The position numbers were made by a program, and so were the translations under genes. From contig JAYENT010000019.1 of assembly GCA_034722245.1 (NCBI GenBank), positions 10,425 through 74,424 of the forward strand: DNA of 64,000 nucleotides. Direction: 5' to 3'. This document shows, one piece after another, positions 29,959 to 39,059 of this stretch. Position 1 is the stretch's first letter, and every line of letters starts with the position of its first letter. A model generated the notes under the pieces. The model had not been told where the DNA came from, ran no database searches, and saw only the letters and a list, made by a program, of their open reading frames with translations. This stretch comes from Chloroflexota bacterium. GTDB taxonomy: Bacteria; Chloroflexota; Anaerolineae; UBA1429.

Positions 29959-30359
29959 AGTCTGCAGTACTCCCTTCTTTTTGGGCTGCGTACAGGTCTC
30001 TTGACGAGGATATCAAGTGCAGAGCCAGGGAAGCCTACCGCTTGTGGGCGAGAGAGCTTGAGAAAACCGCTCTCAATGGTTCATGCCTTTCCCCAGTTCC
30101 ACGACGCGCCCCGTGTATTCGTGCCCAGGCACAACGGGTGGATTGGCGGCGAACTGCCTGTGATAGGCGTGACGGTACATACCACAGATGCCGCAAGCCA
30201 GCACCTCCCAGAATACCTTCTCTTCCCAAACCTGGGAGATTGCCCGTTTCTCGATACGCAGATTCCCCGGCCCATAGAAGGCACCGCTTTCCTCTCATCC
30301 TCCCCTATACCACCGACATGATGCTTGAAAGCTACCTGTCCACACCTTGCCTACCATAG
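29955..30359 (+). CDS. GTGA-coupled downstream ORF: the first ~40 aa look protein-like, the rest is Arg/Pro-rich low-complexity; probably a truncated or degraded toxin partner
   Basis: GTG start. VKSAVLPSFWAAYRSLDEDIKCRAREAYRLWARELEKTAL, then garbage-like sequence. Confidence 0.15.
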   Translation: MKSAVLPSFWAAYRSLDEDIKCRAREAYRLWARELEKTALNGSCLSPVPRRAPCIRAQAQRVDWRRTACDRRDGTYHRCRKPAPPRIPSLPKPGRLPVSRYADSPAHRRHRFPLILPYTTDMMLESYLSTPCLP

Positions 30360-30415
30360 CAGGTGCGGCGGCCATGCCGAACTGCGCGCGCCCTCAAATT
30401 CCCGCCATCTGCATT

Positions 30416-30443
30416 TTGACGCACATCAAGGCGGTGGTATAAT
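30416..30443 (+). promoter_or_regulatory. Sigma-70-like promoter TTGACG-16-TATAAT in front of the ECF/CoA operon leader
   Basis: TTGACG 30416-30421 and TATAAT 30438-30443. Confidence 0.45.
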
Positions 30444-30560
30444 GCAGTATGCAGGTGACCCACCGTGGGCACCGAGCGATTCTTCTTTGACAAATCGTCG
30501 CTTGGATCAGCGTCTGACCGAGACGACGGAAGAGCACGTCACTATTCATCTTCCGTATGG

Positions 30561-30592
30561 CCTTGCGTCCCGAAGACGCAAGGTCTTTTTTT
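30561..30592 (+). terminator. Perfect intrinsic terminator inside the leader, 11 nt upstream of the ecfA1 start codon (attenuator or sRNA terminator)
   Basis: CCTTGCGTC-ccgaa-GACGCAAGG followed by TCTTTTTTT. Confidence 0.55.
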
Positions 30593-30603
30593 GTGGAGTC
30601 CAC

Positions 30604-31464
30604 ATGACATCGGATCCGCTTATACGCGCTGTCGATGTACATTATACATATGACGAAGGTTCTCATACCGTGGAGGCTTTGCGCGGGGTCGATCTCTGCA
30701 TCGACGAGGGCGACTTTGTGGCCCTCGTGGGGCACAATGGCTCCGGCAAGTCCACCCTTGCCAAGTGCCTCAACGCCCTACTGCTCCCCACCCAAGGGGA
30801 CGTGTGGGTCAAGGGCCAAAATACGCGCCATTGCTCGGAGAGCGCCCTGCTGGAGATTCGCGCCACCGTGGGTATGGTCTTTCAGCATCCCGAGAACCAG
30901 TTCGTGGCCACCACCGTGCGGGAGGAGGTGGCCTTTGGGCCCGAGAATCTGGGCGTCCCCGAACCAGAACTGCATCGGCGGGTTGAATGCGCTTTGCAGG
31001 ACGTGGGGCTGGAGAGCGTCAAGGGCCGGAATCCGCACGACCTATCGACCGGCCAAAAGTCTCGTCTGGCCATAGCAGGCATACTGGCCATGGAACCGGA
31101 ATGCCTGATACTGGATGAGTCTACGGCCATGCTGGACCCCATCGCACGGCGCAACGTGCTGGCCCTGTTGGACGATCTACATCGTCGGGGGCTGACCCTC
31201 ATCCTCATCACCCACTCCATGGAGGAAGCCGTCCTGGCGGACCGTATCGTCGTTCTGGACGAGGGACGCGTGGCCCTGGAAGGCAGCCCATCAAGGGTTT
31301 TCGCAGATCACGCGGTCTTTGATGACTTGGGACTAGATTTGACCGTCAGCGCCGCCATAGCGCGGGGATTGCAGCATCGCGGCCTGGACCTTTCAGGAGA
31401 GACCATCCTGACACAGGACGACCTCGTAAATGCATTGGCCAAATTCGCGAGGGTCAGAACATGA
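30604..31464 (+). CDS. ecfA1: ECF transporter ATPase component A1
   Basis: Start at ATG 30604 (MTSDPLIRAV); the upstream part of track ORF 30325 is non-coding leader. Walker A GHNGSGKST, LSTGQ signature, and the EcfA C-terminal helix. Confidence 0.9.
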   Translation: MTSDPLIRAVDVHYTYDEGSHTVEALRGVDLCIDEGDFVALVGHNGSGKSTLAKCLNALLLPTQGDVWVKGQNTRHCSESALLEIRATVGMVFQHPENQFVATTVREEVAFGPENLGVPEPELHRRVECALQDVGLESVKGRNPHDLSTGQKSRLAIAGILAMEPECLILDESTAMLDPIARRNVLALLDDLHRRGLTLILITHSMEEAVLADRIVVLDEGRVALEGSPSRVFADHAVFDDLGLDLTVSAAIARGLQHRGLDLSGETILTQDDLVNALAKFARVRT

Positions 31465-32324
31465 GCGACATCATCGTCCGCGTTCAAGGCCTCTCATACA
31501 CCTACATGGCCGGCACGCCACTGGCCGCTATGGGCCTCCAGGATGCGACCCTCACCTTGCGACAAGGGGAATTCGCCGCCCTGATCGGAGCGGGTGGCTC
31601 TGGCAAGTCCACATTGGTCAGCTTCCTCAACGGCCTTTTGCGGCCCCGACAGGAGGGACAGGTGGTAGTCTTTGGACAGGACACGGCAAGCCCGACCTGT
31701 GACATCATCTCCTTGCGTCGCTACGTGGGGCTTGTCTTCCAGTATCCCCATCACCAATTCTTGGAGCAGCACGTGGGCGATGACATCGCCCATGGCCCAC
31801 GGCAGCTGGGCCTCTCAAGAGAGGAAATCCGTGAGCGCGTGCGCTGGGCCATGGAAGCCGTAGGGCTCGATTTTCAGGACTTTGTGGATCGGCGCACCTT
31901 TTCCCTCAGCGGCGGCGAGATGCGCCGCGTGGCGCTGGCGGGCGTTCTGGCTATGAAACCCGACTTGCTGGTGCTGGACGAGGCGACCACGGGACTTGAC
32001 CCGCGAGGCCGGGCCCAGATTCACGAGGTGCTGCACCGCCTTCGGGCCGACAGGGGAATGACCATCCTTCTTGTTTCCAATGACATGGACGAGGTAGCCG
32101 AGCTAGCGGACCGGGTCACCGTGCTCCACGAGGGCAAAACCGTCCTTGCAGGTCCCACACGCGAGATTCTTGGGAAAGAAACCGGCCTGGAAGGCTATGG
32201 GCTGGCACCTCCCATCACGACACGCGTGCTGCACGCCCTGCGCCAGGCCGATGTGCCGATAGCGGGCACACCATTAACGAGAGCGGAGGTGGAGGAGGCC
32301 ATATGGCAAGCTATGAGGCCCTGA
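31461..32324 (+). CDS. ecfA2: ECF transporter ATPase component A2
   Basis: ATGA overlap with ecfA1; GAGGSGKST; LSGGE. Confidence 0.9.
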   Translation: MSDIIVRVQGLSYTYMAGTPLAAMGLQDATLTLRQGEFAALIGAGGSGKSTLVSFLNGLLRPRQEGQVVVFGQDTASPTCDIISLRRYVGLVFQYPHHQFLEQHVGDDIAHGPRQLGLSREEIRERVRWAMEAVGLDFQDFVDRRTFSLSGGEMRRVALAGVLAMKPDLLVLDEATTGLDPRGRAQIHEVLHRLRADRGMTILLVSNDMDEVAELADRVTVLHEGKTVLAGPTREILGKETGLEGYGLAPPITTRVLHALRQADVPIAGTPLTRAEVEEAIWQAMRP

Positions 32325-33145
32325 GACACGTCACCATCGGTCGCTACATCCCGGGTGACACCCCGATACATCGGCTGGATCCCAGAGCTAAACTCTTCGC
32401 CTTCGCCACGCTGATCGGTCTGGTGCTGGTGGCAACGTCCTATGCCAGCAGCGTCCTTCTCCTGGGCCTTGTGTTGTCCTGCGTGTTGATGGCTCAACTT
32501 CCCATTGGCTACCTCCTCTCCAACATCAGACCGGCCCTTCCCGCCATCGCCATACTCAGTCTTTTGCAACTTCTCTTCTATCGTGCGGAGCCCGGAGCCC
32601 CTCTCCTCCTCGCCTGGGGCAAACTGCATATCTCATTCGTCGCCGTGCGTGTGGTCATCGTCTCCCTGATACGCTTCCTCGTTCTGACGTTCCTCATCAG
32701 CCTGCTGACGAATACCACGACCACAAGTTCCTTGACCAACGGCCTCGAGAGCCTACTACGCCCCCTGAGCCGGTTGGGTCTGCCCGGACACGAGATCGCC
32801 CTCGTGGGAGCGGTGGCCTTGCGTTTCGTTCCCATCCTGGGAGAGGAACTGGAATCGATTGCCAAAGCACAGGATGCACGCAGCGTCGACGACAGAATCG
32901 GCGGCAGGTGGCAATTCGTTCACAATGCGAGGCGTGTGGCGGCCCTCATCGTACCCCTCTTTGTCGACGCTTATCGGCGGGCCGAGGAGATGATCCTGGC
33001 CATGCGCGCGCGCTGCTATCACGGCGGCGAGGGGCGTACCCACCTCGTCACCCTTACCTTCTCATCGCGAGATTATGTTGCACTCGGGCTGATGGGCCTT
33101 TCCATTATTCTTGTTTTGACCGTTCAACAACTATCCCTACCCTAG
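32303..33145 (+). CDS. ecfT: ECF transporter transmembrane (T) component
   Basis: The coupling-helix Ala-Arg-Gly-like motifs of the CbiQ/EcfT family (ARSVDDR, ARCYHG). Confidence 0.9.
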   Translation: MASYEALRHVTIGRYIPGDTPIHRLDPRAKLFAFATLIGLVLVATSYASSVLLLGLVLSCVLMAQLPIGYLLSNIRPALPAIAILSLLQLLFYRAEPGAPLLLAWGKLHISFVAVRVVIVSLIRFLVLTFLISLLTNTTTTSSLTNGLESLLRPLSRLGLPGHEIALVGAVALRFVPILGEELESIAKAQDARSVDDRIGGRWQFVHNARRVAALIVPLFVDAYRRAEEMILAMRARCYHGGEGRTHLVTLTFSSRDYVALGLMGLSIILVLTVQQLSLP

Positions 33146-33155
33146 AAGGAGAGCT

Positions 33156-33860
33156 ATGATATCCAACGAACGCGGTATTCGACGTATTGTCATCGCTGGC
33201 CTGCTGCTGGCCATCACCCTACTTCTCGTATTCACCCGCATCGGCATGATTCCCATGCCAACGCCCGCGGCCAATGCGACTATAGCCCATATTCCGGCCA
33301 TCATTGGCGGTATCCTGGAAGGGCCCATCGTCGGGCTGCTCATTGGTATGGGCTTTGGGTTCGCAAGCTTTATGAGCGCCACGATTCCTATGTTCAAGGA
33401 CCCCATAGTGGCCATATTGCCTCGTCTCATGATAGGCGTTACAGCCAGTTGGGTCTTTATCCTTCTTCGAGCGGCCACAAGACGAACCTTGTCCATCATG
33501 ATAGGCATCTTATGCGTGTTGATGCTGACCTTTAGCTATCAAACGTATCAGACCATCGCCTGGTTGGGCATCGTGGTGGCCATCGTCGCGGTGGGCGCCA
33601 CCGCATGGCTCTATTGGTGGATGCGCCGCACCGACGTACAAATCGTGGGTCTCAGCATGGCCGCGGCCGTGGGCTCCCTGACAAACACCGTGCTCGTCCT
33701 TTCCGCCGCCGTCTGGCGCGATTATATCCCCTTCGAAGCCGCCTGGGGCATCGGCTTGACCCACGGCATTCCAGAGGCCGTCGTCTCAGCCATCGTTACC
33801 GTAGCCATCGTCTCCGCTCTACGCCACATCGGCGAAGGATGGAGCGATTCGCAGCTGTAG
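33156..33860 (+). CDS. ECF transporter S component, probably pantothenate-specific (PanT-like) given coaX/coaBC immediately downstream
   Basis: 6-TM small integral protein of the ECF S-component type. RBS GAAGGAG. Genomic context. Confidence 0.75.
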   Translation: MISNERGIRRIVIAGLLLAITLLLVFTRIGMIPMPTPAANATIAHIPAIIGGILEGPIVGLLIGMGFGFASFMSATIPMFKDPIVAILPRLMIGVTASWVFILLRAATRRTLSIMIGILCVLMLTFSYQTYQTIAWLGIVVAIVAVGATAWLYWWMRRTDVQIVGLSMAAAVGSLTNTVLVLSAAVWRDYIPFEAAWGIGLTHGIPEAVVSAIVTVAIVSALRHIGEGWSDSQL

Positions 33861-33882
33861 AAAGTGGAAGGAGAAGGCTCAC

Positions 33883-34662
33883 ATGCTGCTCTGCGTCGAT
33901 ATCGGTAATACGAACATCGTTATGGGCCTCTATGAGGGGAACAACCTCCTGAACCACTGGCGCGTAAGCACCGATCACAACAAAATGCCGGACGAATACG
34001 GTATGCTTTTTATCGACCTTTTGCGTCATGACGCCCTGGTCACCGAGGATATCGACGGCATCGTCCTGGCAAGCGTCGTTCCCCCTGTCACCGAGATATT
34101 TACAGAGATGTTGGAAAACTATGTGGGGGGGGAAATCCTCATCGTGGGCAGCGGCATCAGAACGGGCGTTGCCATACGCTATGACAACCCCCAGGAGGTG
34201 GGCGCCGATCGCGTCGTCAACGCCATAGCCACGTATCGCCACTACGGAGGGCCTGCATGTGTAATCGACTTTGGCACCGGTACCACCTTTGATGCCATCT
34301 CCACAAAGGGCGAATACCTGGGGGGTGCCATCGCCCCCGGTATTCGCATTGCCGCCGAGGCCCTTTTTCAGCGGACGGCCAAGCTGCCGCGCATTGATCT
34401 CATCCCTCCTGCAAAAACCATAGGCACCAATACAGCGGACTCGATGCGCTCCGGCATCCTCTACGGATATGTGGGGTTAGTGGAGGGCATGGTGGCACGG
34501 TTTCGACAGACGTTGGGGCCCGACATGCGCGTCATCGCCACGGGGGGATTTGCATCCATCATCGGCAGTGAGACGAAGGTGATCGAGCACGTCGATCCGT
34601 GGCTCACGCTCAAGGGCCTGCGCATCATCTACGACCTGAACAGGGAAAGAAAAAGAATATGA
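33883..34662 (+). CDS. coaX: Type III pantothenate kinase
   Basis: MLLCVDIGNTNIVMGL, DRVVNA, GTGTTFD. Confidence 0.9.
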   Translation: MLLCVDIGNTNIVMGLYEGNNLLNHWRVSTDHNKMPDEYGMLFIDLLRHDALVTEDIDGIVLASVVPPVTEIFTEMLENYVGGEILIVGSGIRTGVAIRYDNPQEVGADRVVNAIATYRHYGGPACVIDFGTGTTFDAISTKGEYLGGAIAPGIRIAAEALFQRTAKLPRIDLIPPAKTIGTNTADSMRSGILYGYVGLVEGMVARFRQTLGPDMRVIATGGFASIIGSETKVIEHVDPWLTLKGLRIIYDLNRERKRI

Positions 34663-35876
34663 TACTAGAGAACAAGAATGTGGTGTTGGGCGTTACAGGG
34701 GGCATCGCCGCCTACAAGGCCGTGGACGTGTGCAGCAAGCTGGTCCAAGCAGAAGCCGTTGTGGACGTCATCATGACCCAGGCGGCCACGCACTTTATCA
34801 CCCCTCTATCCTTTCAGACCATCAGTAAGCGTCCCGTGGCAGTGGATATGTTCAAGCTGCTTCAAGAGGCGGATATGGCTCACATCTCGTTGGCGAAGAA
34901 GGCCGACGTTCTGCTCATCGCGCCCGCGACGGCTAACACCATCGCCAAGCTTGCTCATGGGCTGGCGGATAATCTGCTCACGAGCACAGCCTTGGCCACC
35001 ACAGCGCCACTAGTGATCGCGCCTGCCATGGACGCCGACATGTGGCAGAACGAGGCAACGCAACGGAACGTGCATCTATTGCGCGAGAGGGGCGCCACCT
35101 TTGTCGGGCCAGGCCATGGGCGACTGGCCTCCGGGCGCATGGGCACAGGGCGTCTCATGGGGACTCAGGACATCGTCGCTGCCCTGCGCAAGACGCTGGG
35201 ACGCCACGGTCCGCTGGCGGGCGCGCACGTGACGGTGACCGCAGGGGGCACGCAGGAGCCCTTGGATCCGGTACGCCATCTTGGGAACCGCTCCTCTGGA
35301 CGTATGGGGTATGCTTTGGCGGAGGCTGCGCGCGACTATGGTGCCTCAGTCAAACTGATCAGTGCTCCCACCTGCCTCGGAGATCCCTACGGCGTCGAGA
35401 GTTTGCATGTAAGAACAGCAGCCGAGATGCGCGATAGCGTCCTGGAGGCCTTTGAAGAAACCGACATCCTGATCATGGCCGCTGCCGTTGCTGACTATCG
35501 CCCCAAGTCGGCAGCCGAGAAAAAGATAAAGAAAGAGGGCGGCGACCTACTCCTTCCACTGGAGCGCACCGAGGACATCCTGGCCGCCGTGGGTGAGAGA
35601 CGAAGCGAGAGCGATGGGAAAACGGTCGTGGGTTTCGCCGCCGAGACGGAGGATTTGCTGGAGAACGCCCGCGCTAAGCTGCGACATAAGAACCTCGACC
35701 TCATCGCAGCCAACGACGTCTCCGCCTCGGACAGCGGTTTTGCTACAGAGACCAACCGCGTCACCCTGCTCACCTCGGACGGACGGACCAAAGCCCTTCC
35801 CCTCATGAATAAGTTTCAAGTAGCGGAGCATATCCTCGATTTCGTCGTCGAGATGAGGAGGCAGCATGACGAGTGA
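34659..35876 (+). CDS. coaBC: Bifunctional phosphopantothenoylcysteine decarboxylase / phosphopantothenate--cysteine ligase
   Basis: ATGA overlap with coaX. Flavoprotein domain (GVTGGIAAYK, PAMDADMW) plus the DFP/CoaB domain (SSGRMG). Confidence 0.9.
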   Translation: MILENKNVVLGVTGGIAAYKAVDVCSKLVQAEAVVDVIMTQAATHFITPLSFQTISKRPVAVDMFKLLQEADMAHISLAKKADVLLIAPATANTIAKLAHGLADNLLTSTALATTAPLVIAPAMDADMWQNEATQRNVHLLRERGATFVGPGHGRLASGRMGTGRLMGTQDIVAALRKTLGRHGPLAGAHVTVTAGGTQEPLDPVRHLGNRSSGRMGYALAEAARDYGASVKLISAPTCLGDPYGVESLHVRTAAEMRDSVLEAFEETDILIMAAAVADYRPKSAAEKKIKKEGGDLLLPLERTEDILAAVGERRSESDGKTVVGFAAETEDLLENARAKLRHKNLDLIAANDVSASDSGFATETNRVTLLTSDGRTKALPLMNKFQVAEHILDFVVEMRRQHDE

Positions 35877-36852
35877 ACTGTTCGAGGGATCCCTCACCGA
35901 CGTGCGCGGGTTGAAGGTAGGACACGCCACGGATAGCGAGGCGCTGACGGGCTGTACCGTCGTGCTATGCGGCAGGGGCGTCGCTGCCGGCGGTGTCGTG
36001 CGCGGGTTGGCACCTGGCACGCGGGAGACGGCCCTCCTGCGCCCAGGAACTCTCGTACAAGAGGCCCACGGCATACTGCTTACCGGAGGAAGCGCCTTTG
36101 GCCTGGCCGCCGCAGACGGTGTGATGCGCTACCTGGAAGAACAAGGCGTGGGGTACGACGCTGGCGTAAAGGTGCCCATCGTGCCGGGCGCCGTGCTGTT
36201 CGATCTGGACTTGGGCGAGGCTTCCGCGCGTCCCGACGCGCATATGGGATATGAAGCGTGCCAAAGCGCGTCCAGCAAAGCAACGGCTCAGGGCAACGTG
36301 GGGGCCGGCACCGGCGCCACCGTCGGAAAACTGATGGGCATCGAGAGGGCCACGAAGAGTGGCCTAGGCATGGCCAGCCTCAAGGCCGGGCGCCTCGTGG
36401 TGGCAAGCCTTGCCGTGGTGAACGCCTTTGGCGACGTAATAGATCCCGCAAGCGGAGAGATCATCGCCGGTGCCCGCAGCACCAGGGGCGACACGTTTAT
36501 CGACACTTCGCGCGCGCTGCAGGATCGCGCCACACGTACCGTCATGGCTTTCAAGAATACCGTCATCGGTGTGGTGGCCACCAACGCGCGGCTGGACGAT
36601 GCCCATATCAACCACCTGGCCGCGGCGGCCCACGATGGTCTGGCGCGCACCATCCGTCCCGTGCACACTCTGTACGACGGGGATACCTTTTTCTCCTTGG
36701 CGACGGGCCATATACGAGCACACCATACCTTGGTTACCGATATGGCCGCCACGGCCACCGCGCGTGCCATCCTCAACGCCGTATGGTCGGCGGAGGAAGC
36801 GGCCGGCTTGCCCTCTGCGGCGCTCGGGAATCACATACCGTATGAGGCTTGA
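35866..36852 (+). CDS. Peptidase family S58 / DmpA (L-aminopeptidase / beta-aminopeptidase-like, Ntn hydrolase)
   Basis: DmpA/ArgJ-like fold with a GAGTGAT self-cleavage-type motif; overlaps the coaBC 3' end by 11 nt. Confidence 0.8.
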   Translation: MTSELFEGSLTDVRGLKVGHATDSEALTGCTVVLCGRGVAAGGVVRGLAPGTRETALLRPGTLVQEAHGILLTGGSAFGLAAADGVMRYLEEQGVGYDAGVKVPIVPGAVLFDLDLGEASARPDAHMGYEACQSASSKATAQGNVGAGTGATVGKLMGIERATKSGLGMASLKAGRLVVASLAVVNAFGDVIDPASGEIIAGARSTRGDTFIDTSRALQDRATRTVMAFKNTVIGVVATNARLDDAHINHLAAAAHDGLARTIRPVHTLYDGDTFFSLATGHIRAHHTLVTDMAATATARAILNAVWSAEEAAGLPSAALGNHIPYEA

Positions 36853-36978
36853 GCACGGCATGTAGCTCTCAGTCCCACTTTGACCCCAGTCTTCTGTCTT
36901 TTCGCCAGCAGAAAAATGAGATCGGCGCCAAACTGCACGCTTTTTACGGCAGCAAAGCGACGCCGATCTGGTGTTTCT

Positions 36979-37173
36979 TCAATCTTCAATTGATGGATAA
37001 GGTTGCGCCAGTTTGGTATGTGCATCATCCGTCGTGAACTGCCATTTGGTAGAAGCGGCACAGGCGTTGCGGGCTCGTTCCCGTGCGGCGACCTCTTGGT
37101 GGGGCGTCTCCGCGCCGAGAATGCGCCAGTCGAGACACCGCCGGTCAAGCACGCTGAATTTGATCTCTGCCAT
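36979..37173 (-). CDS. Possible small divergent ORF (64 aa) upstream of rpoD; no recognisable family
   Basis: MAEIKFSVLDRRCLDWRILGAETPHQEVAARERARNACAASTKWQFTTDDAHTKLAQPYPSIED; weak RBS GGGAG. Confidence 0.2.
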   Translation of the reverse strand: MAEIKFSVLDRRCLDWRILGAETPHQEVAARERARNACAASTKWQFTTDDAHTKLAQPYPSIED

Positions 37174-37382
37174 GTCAAGCCAACTCCCGTGTCTGAGGTA
37201 TAGTGAAATCCGAGTTCCTCTACCAGACACTGTGCTTCCACCGCTTAAGGTTTCATACAGGCGATGGGGGTATGGATATTCAGATTATCCAAGAGAAGCT
37301 CAATCTCGACCTGGGGCCTCTGGGACGCCTGCTCTAGCATGGAACCGCGGGCTCGCCACATGACAGGAACACATGGCAGAAA

Positions 37383-37436
37383 AGTTACGAAAAAGTTGCG
37401 AAAACTATTGACGCGGGACGATATTAGGAGTATAAT
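37383..37436 (+). promoter_or_regulatory. rpoD promoter: tandem 11-bp repeats AGTTACGAAAA / AGTTGCGAAAA immediately upstream of TTGACG-17-TATAAT
   Basis: Repeats 37383-37404; TTGACG 37408-37413; TATAAT 37431-37436. About 250-nt leader to the rpoD ATG. Confidence 0.45.
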
Positions 37437-37691
37437 AAGAGTATAGATCACAGAGGCTAACGTGAGGTTATAGATGCGAGATCCCTCGACTGCCGAGCTC
37501 GGTAGCGGTCCTCCTTGAAGCATGAGGACAGGCGACCGAGCGTTTTTGCTTTTGGGCAAACTCGACGGTCGAAGGGGTTCCTTTTTGTCAGACAAGAGAA
37601 AGGAGGGATGTCCGAAAGGTTGCTTAGCGCTTCTGGCCAACAGAACCGTTTTCAGTCTACAAGCCTATGTAAAATGGGGAGACCAACGAAT

Positions 37692-38891
37692 ATGTTGGAA
37701 AATCTACTAGAGAATGCAAAGGCGCAGGGCTATGTTACCGGTGACAAATTGTTGGAACTCTACCCCGAAGTAGAAACATGTATCCCGCAGATCGATGCGC
37801 TGTTCGCAAAGCTCATCGACGAGGGCATTGAGATTATGTTAGACACTTCCGAACCCTCCTACGATTTACCCGGCTTCTCTCTTCTTGAGGAAGAGGAAGA
37901 TCAAGAGGATATCGAGGATGATGAAGACGTAGATGGCAAAGACATTCTTGACGACACGGAAGAATACGTGGACGTGGATGGTATAGCGGTGGATGATGCC
38001 GTCAGTCTGTACTTTAGACAAATGGGATCCGTACCCTTACTCGAAAAGTCGGAAGAGGTGACGTTGGCGCGCCAGATCGAGGAGGGACAACAAGCCATCG
38101 CAAAGCTGGCCGAAGAGGACACTTCCCCTGAGGAAGAGAAGGAGCTACGCAGGATTGTCGATAGGGGAAACAAAGCCCGTAAGAAGCTCACCGAGGCGAA
38201 CACGCGCTTGGTGGTCAGCATAGCAAAAAAGTATACGGGAAACGGCGTCCCCCTCCTCGACCTGATACAGGAGGGAAACATCGGCCTCATGAAAGCGGTG
38301 GAAAAGTTCGACTACCACCGGGGCTACAAATTCAGCACCTATGCTACATGGTGGATCCGTCAGGGAATAACCAGGGCCCTCGCACAGCAGAGCAGACTCA
38401 TTCGTATCCCCGTGCACGCTGGGGACCAGATCCGCCGCATTTATCGTACCATCGAGAACTGTGAAAAGGAAACGGGAGAGCGCCCGACAAAAGAGGAAAT
38501 CTCTGAAAGAACGGGAATAAGTGTGAGCAAGATCGAACTGCTCATGAGGAGTTCTCGCTATCCCATCTCCTTGGAGATGCCCGTGGGAGAGGATGACGAT
38601 TCCGAATTCGGCGATTTTATCGAGGATGATGACTCCCTCACCCCCACCGAGATTGCGTATCAGCATCTCTTGCGCGAGGCGCTGCAGAACATCATGACTT
38701 CGCTCAGTCCTCGAGAAGCACGCGTTCTTCGCCTCCGTTTCGGACTTCGGGACGGGCACGCACACACGCTGGAGGAAGTAGGACAGAAGTTCGGCCTCAC
38801 GAGGGAACGCATTCGCCAGATCGAGCACGAGGCCCTGGATAGACTGCGGCGCCCATACCGCCGCAGACAACTGACAGACTATCTCAGGTAG
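37692..38891 (+). CDS. rpoD: Primary RNA polymerase sigma factor (sigma-70 / SigA)
   Basis: Start at ATG 37692 with RBS GGGGAG. Acidic region 1.1; region 2 ([31 protein letters not shown]); region 4 ([19 protein letters not shown]). Confidence 0.9.
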   Translation: MLENLLENAKAQGYVTGDKLLELYPEVETCIPQIDALFAKLIDEGIEIMLDTSEPSYDLPGFSLLEEEEDQEDIEDDEDVDGKDILDDTEEYVDVDGIAVDDAVSLYFRQMGSVPLLEKSEEVTLARQIEEGQQAIAKLAEEDTSPEEEKELRRIVDRGNKARKKLTEANTRLVVSIAKKYTGNGVPLLDLIQEGNIGLMKAVEKFDYHRGYKFSTYATWWIRQGITRALAQQSRLIRIPVHAGDQIRRIYRTIENCEKETGERPTKEEISERTGISVSKIELLMRSSRYPISLEMPVGEDDDSEFGDFIEDDDSLTPTEIAYQHLLREALQNIMTSLSPREARVLRLRFGLRDGHAHTLEEVGQKFGLTRERIRQIEHEALDRLRRPYRRRQLTDYLR

Positions 38892-39059
38892 CACAACTCC
38901 CAAGGAGAGACAGCGGGATACGTTTCTCCTTTTGGGGGAACAGCAGAATAACAGACTCATAACCCCACTGACCAGTGTTCAAAGCCTGGCCAGTGGGGTT
39001 ATGTCAACAATTTATTGGATACGATTAGCCCTCAACAAATCTGAGAAATGTGGGAACGG

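Noticed and set aside
30325-30603. 93-aa N-terminal extension of the ecfA1 ORF.
   Set aside because: It has no protein-like composition, contains the promoter and an intrinsic terminator, and the ABC ATPase domain starts cleanly at ATG 30604 with its own RBS.
36831-37241. ORF 36831-37241 (-) (136 aa) and the other track ORFs in the rpoD upstream region.
   Set aside because: No coding-like composition or motifs. Only the 64-aa sub-ORF starting at 37173 has even a weak RBS, and that is kept as a low-confidence feature.
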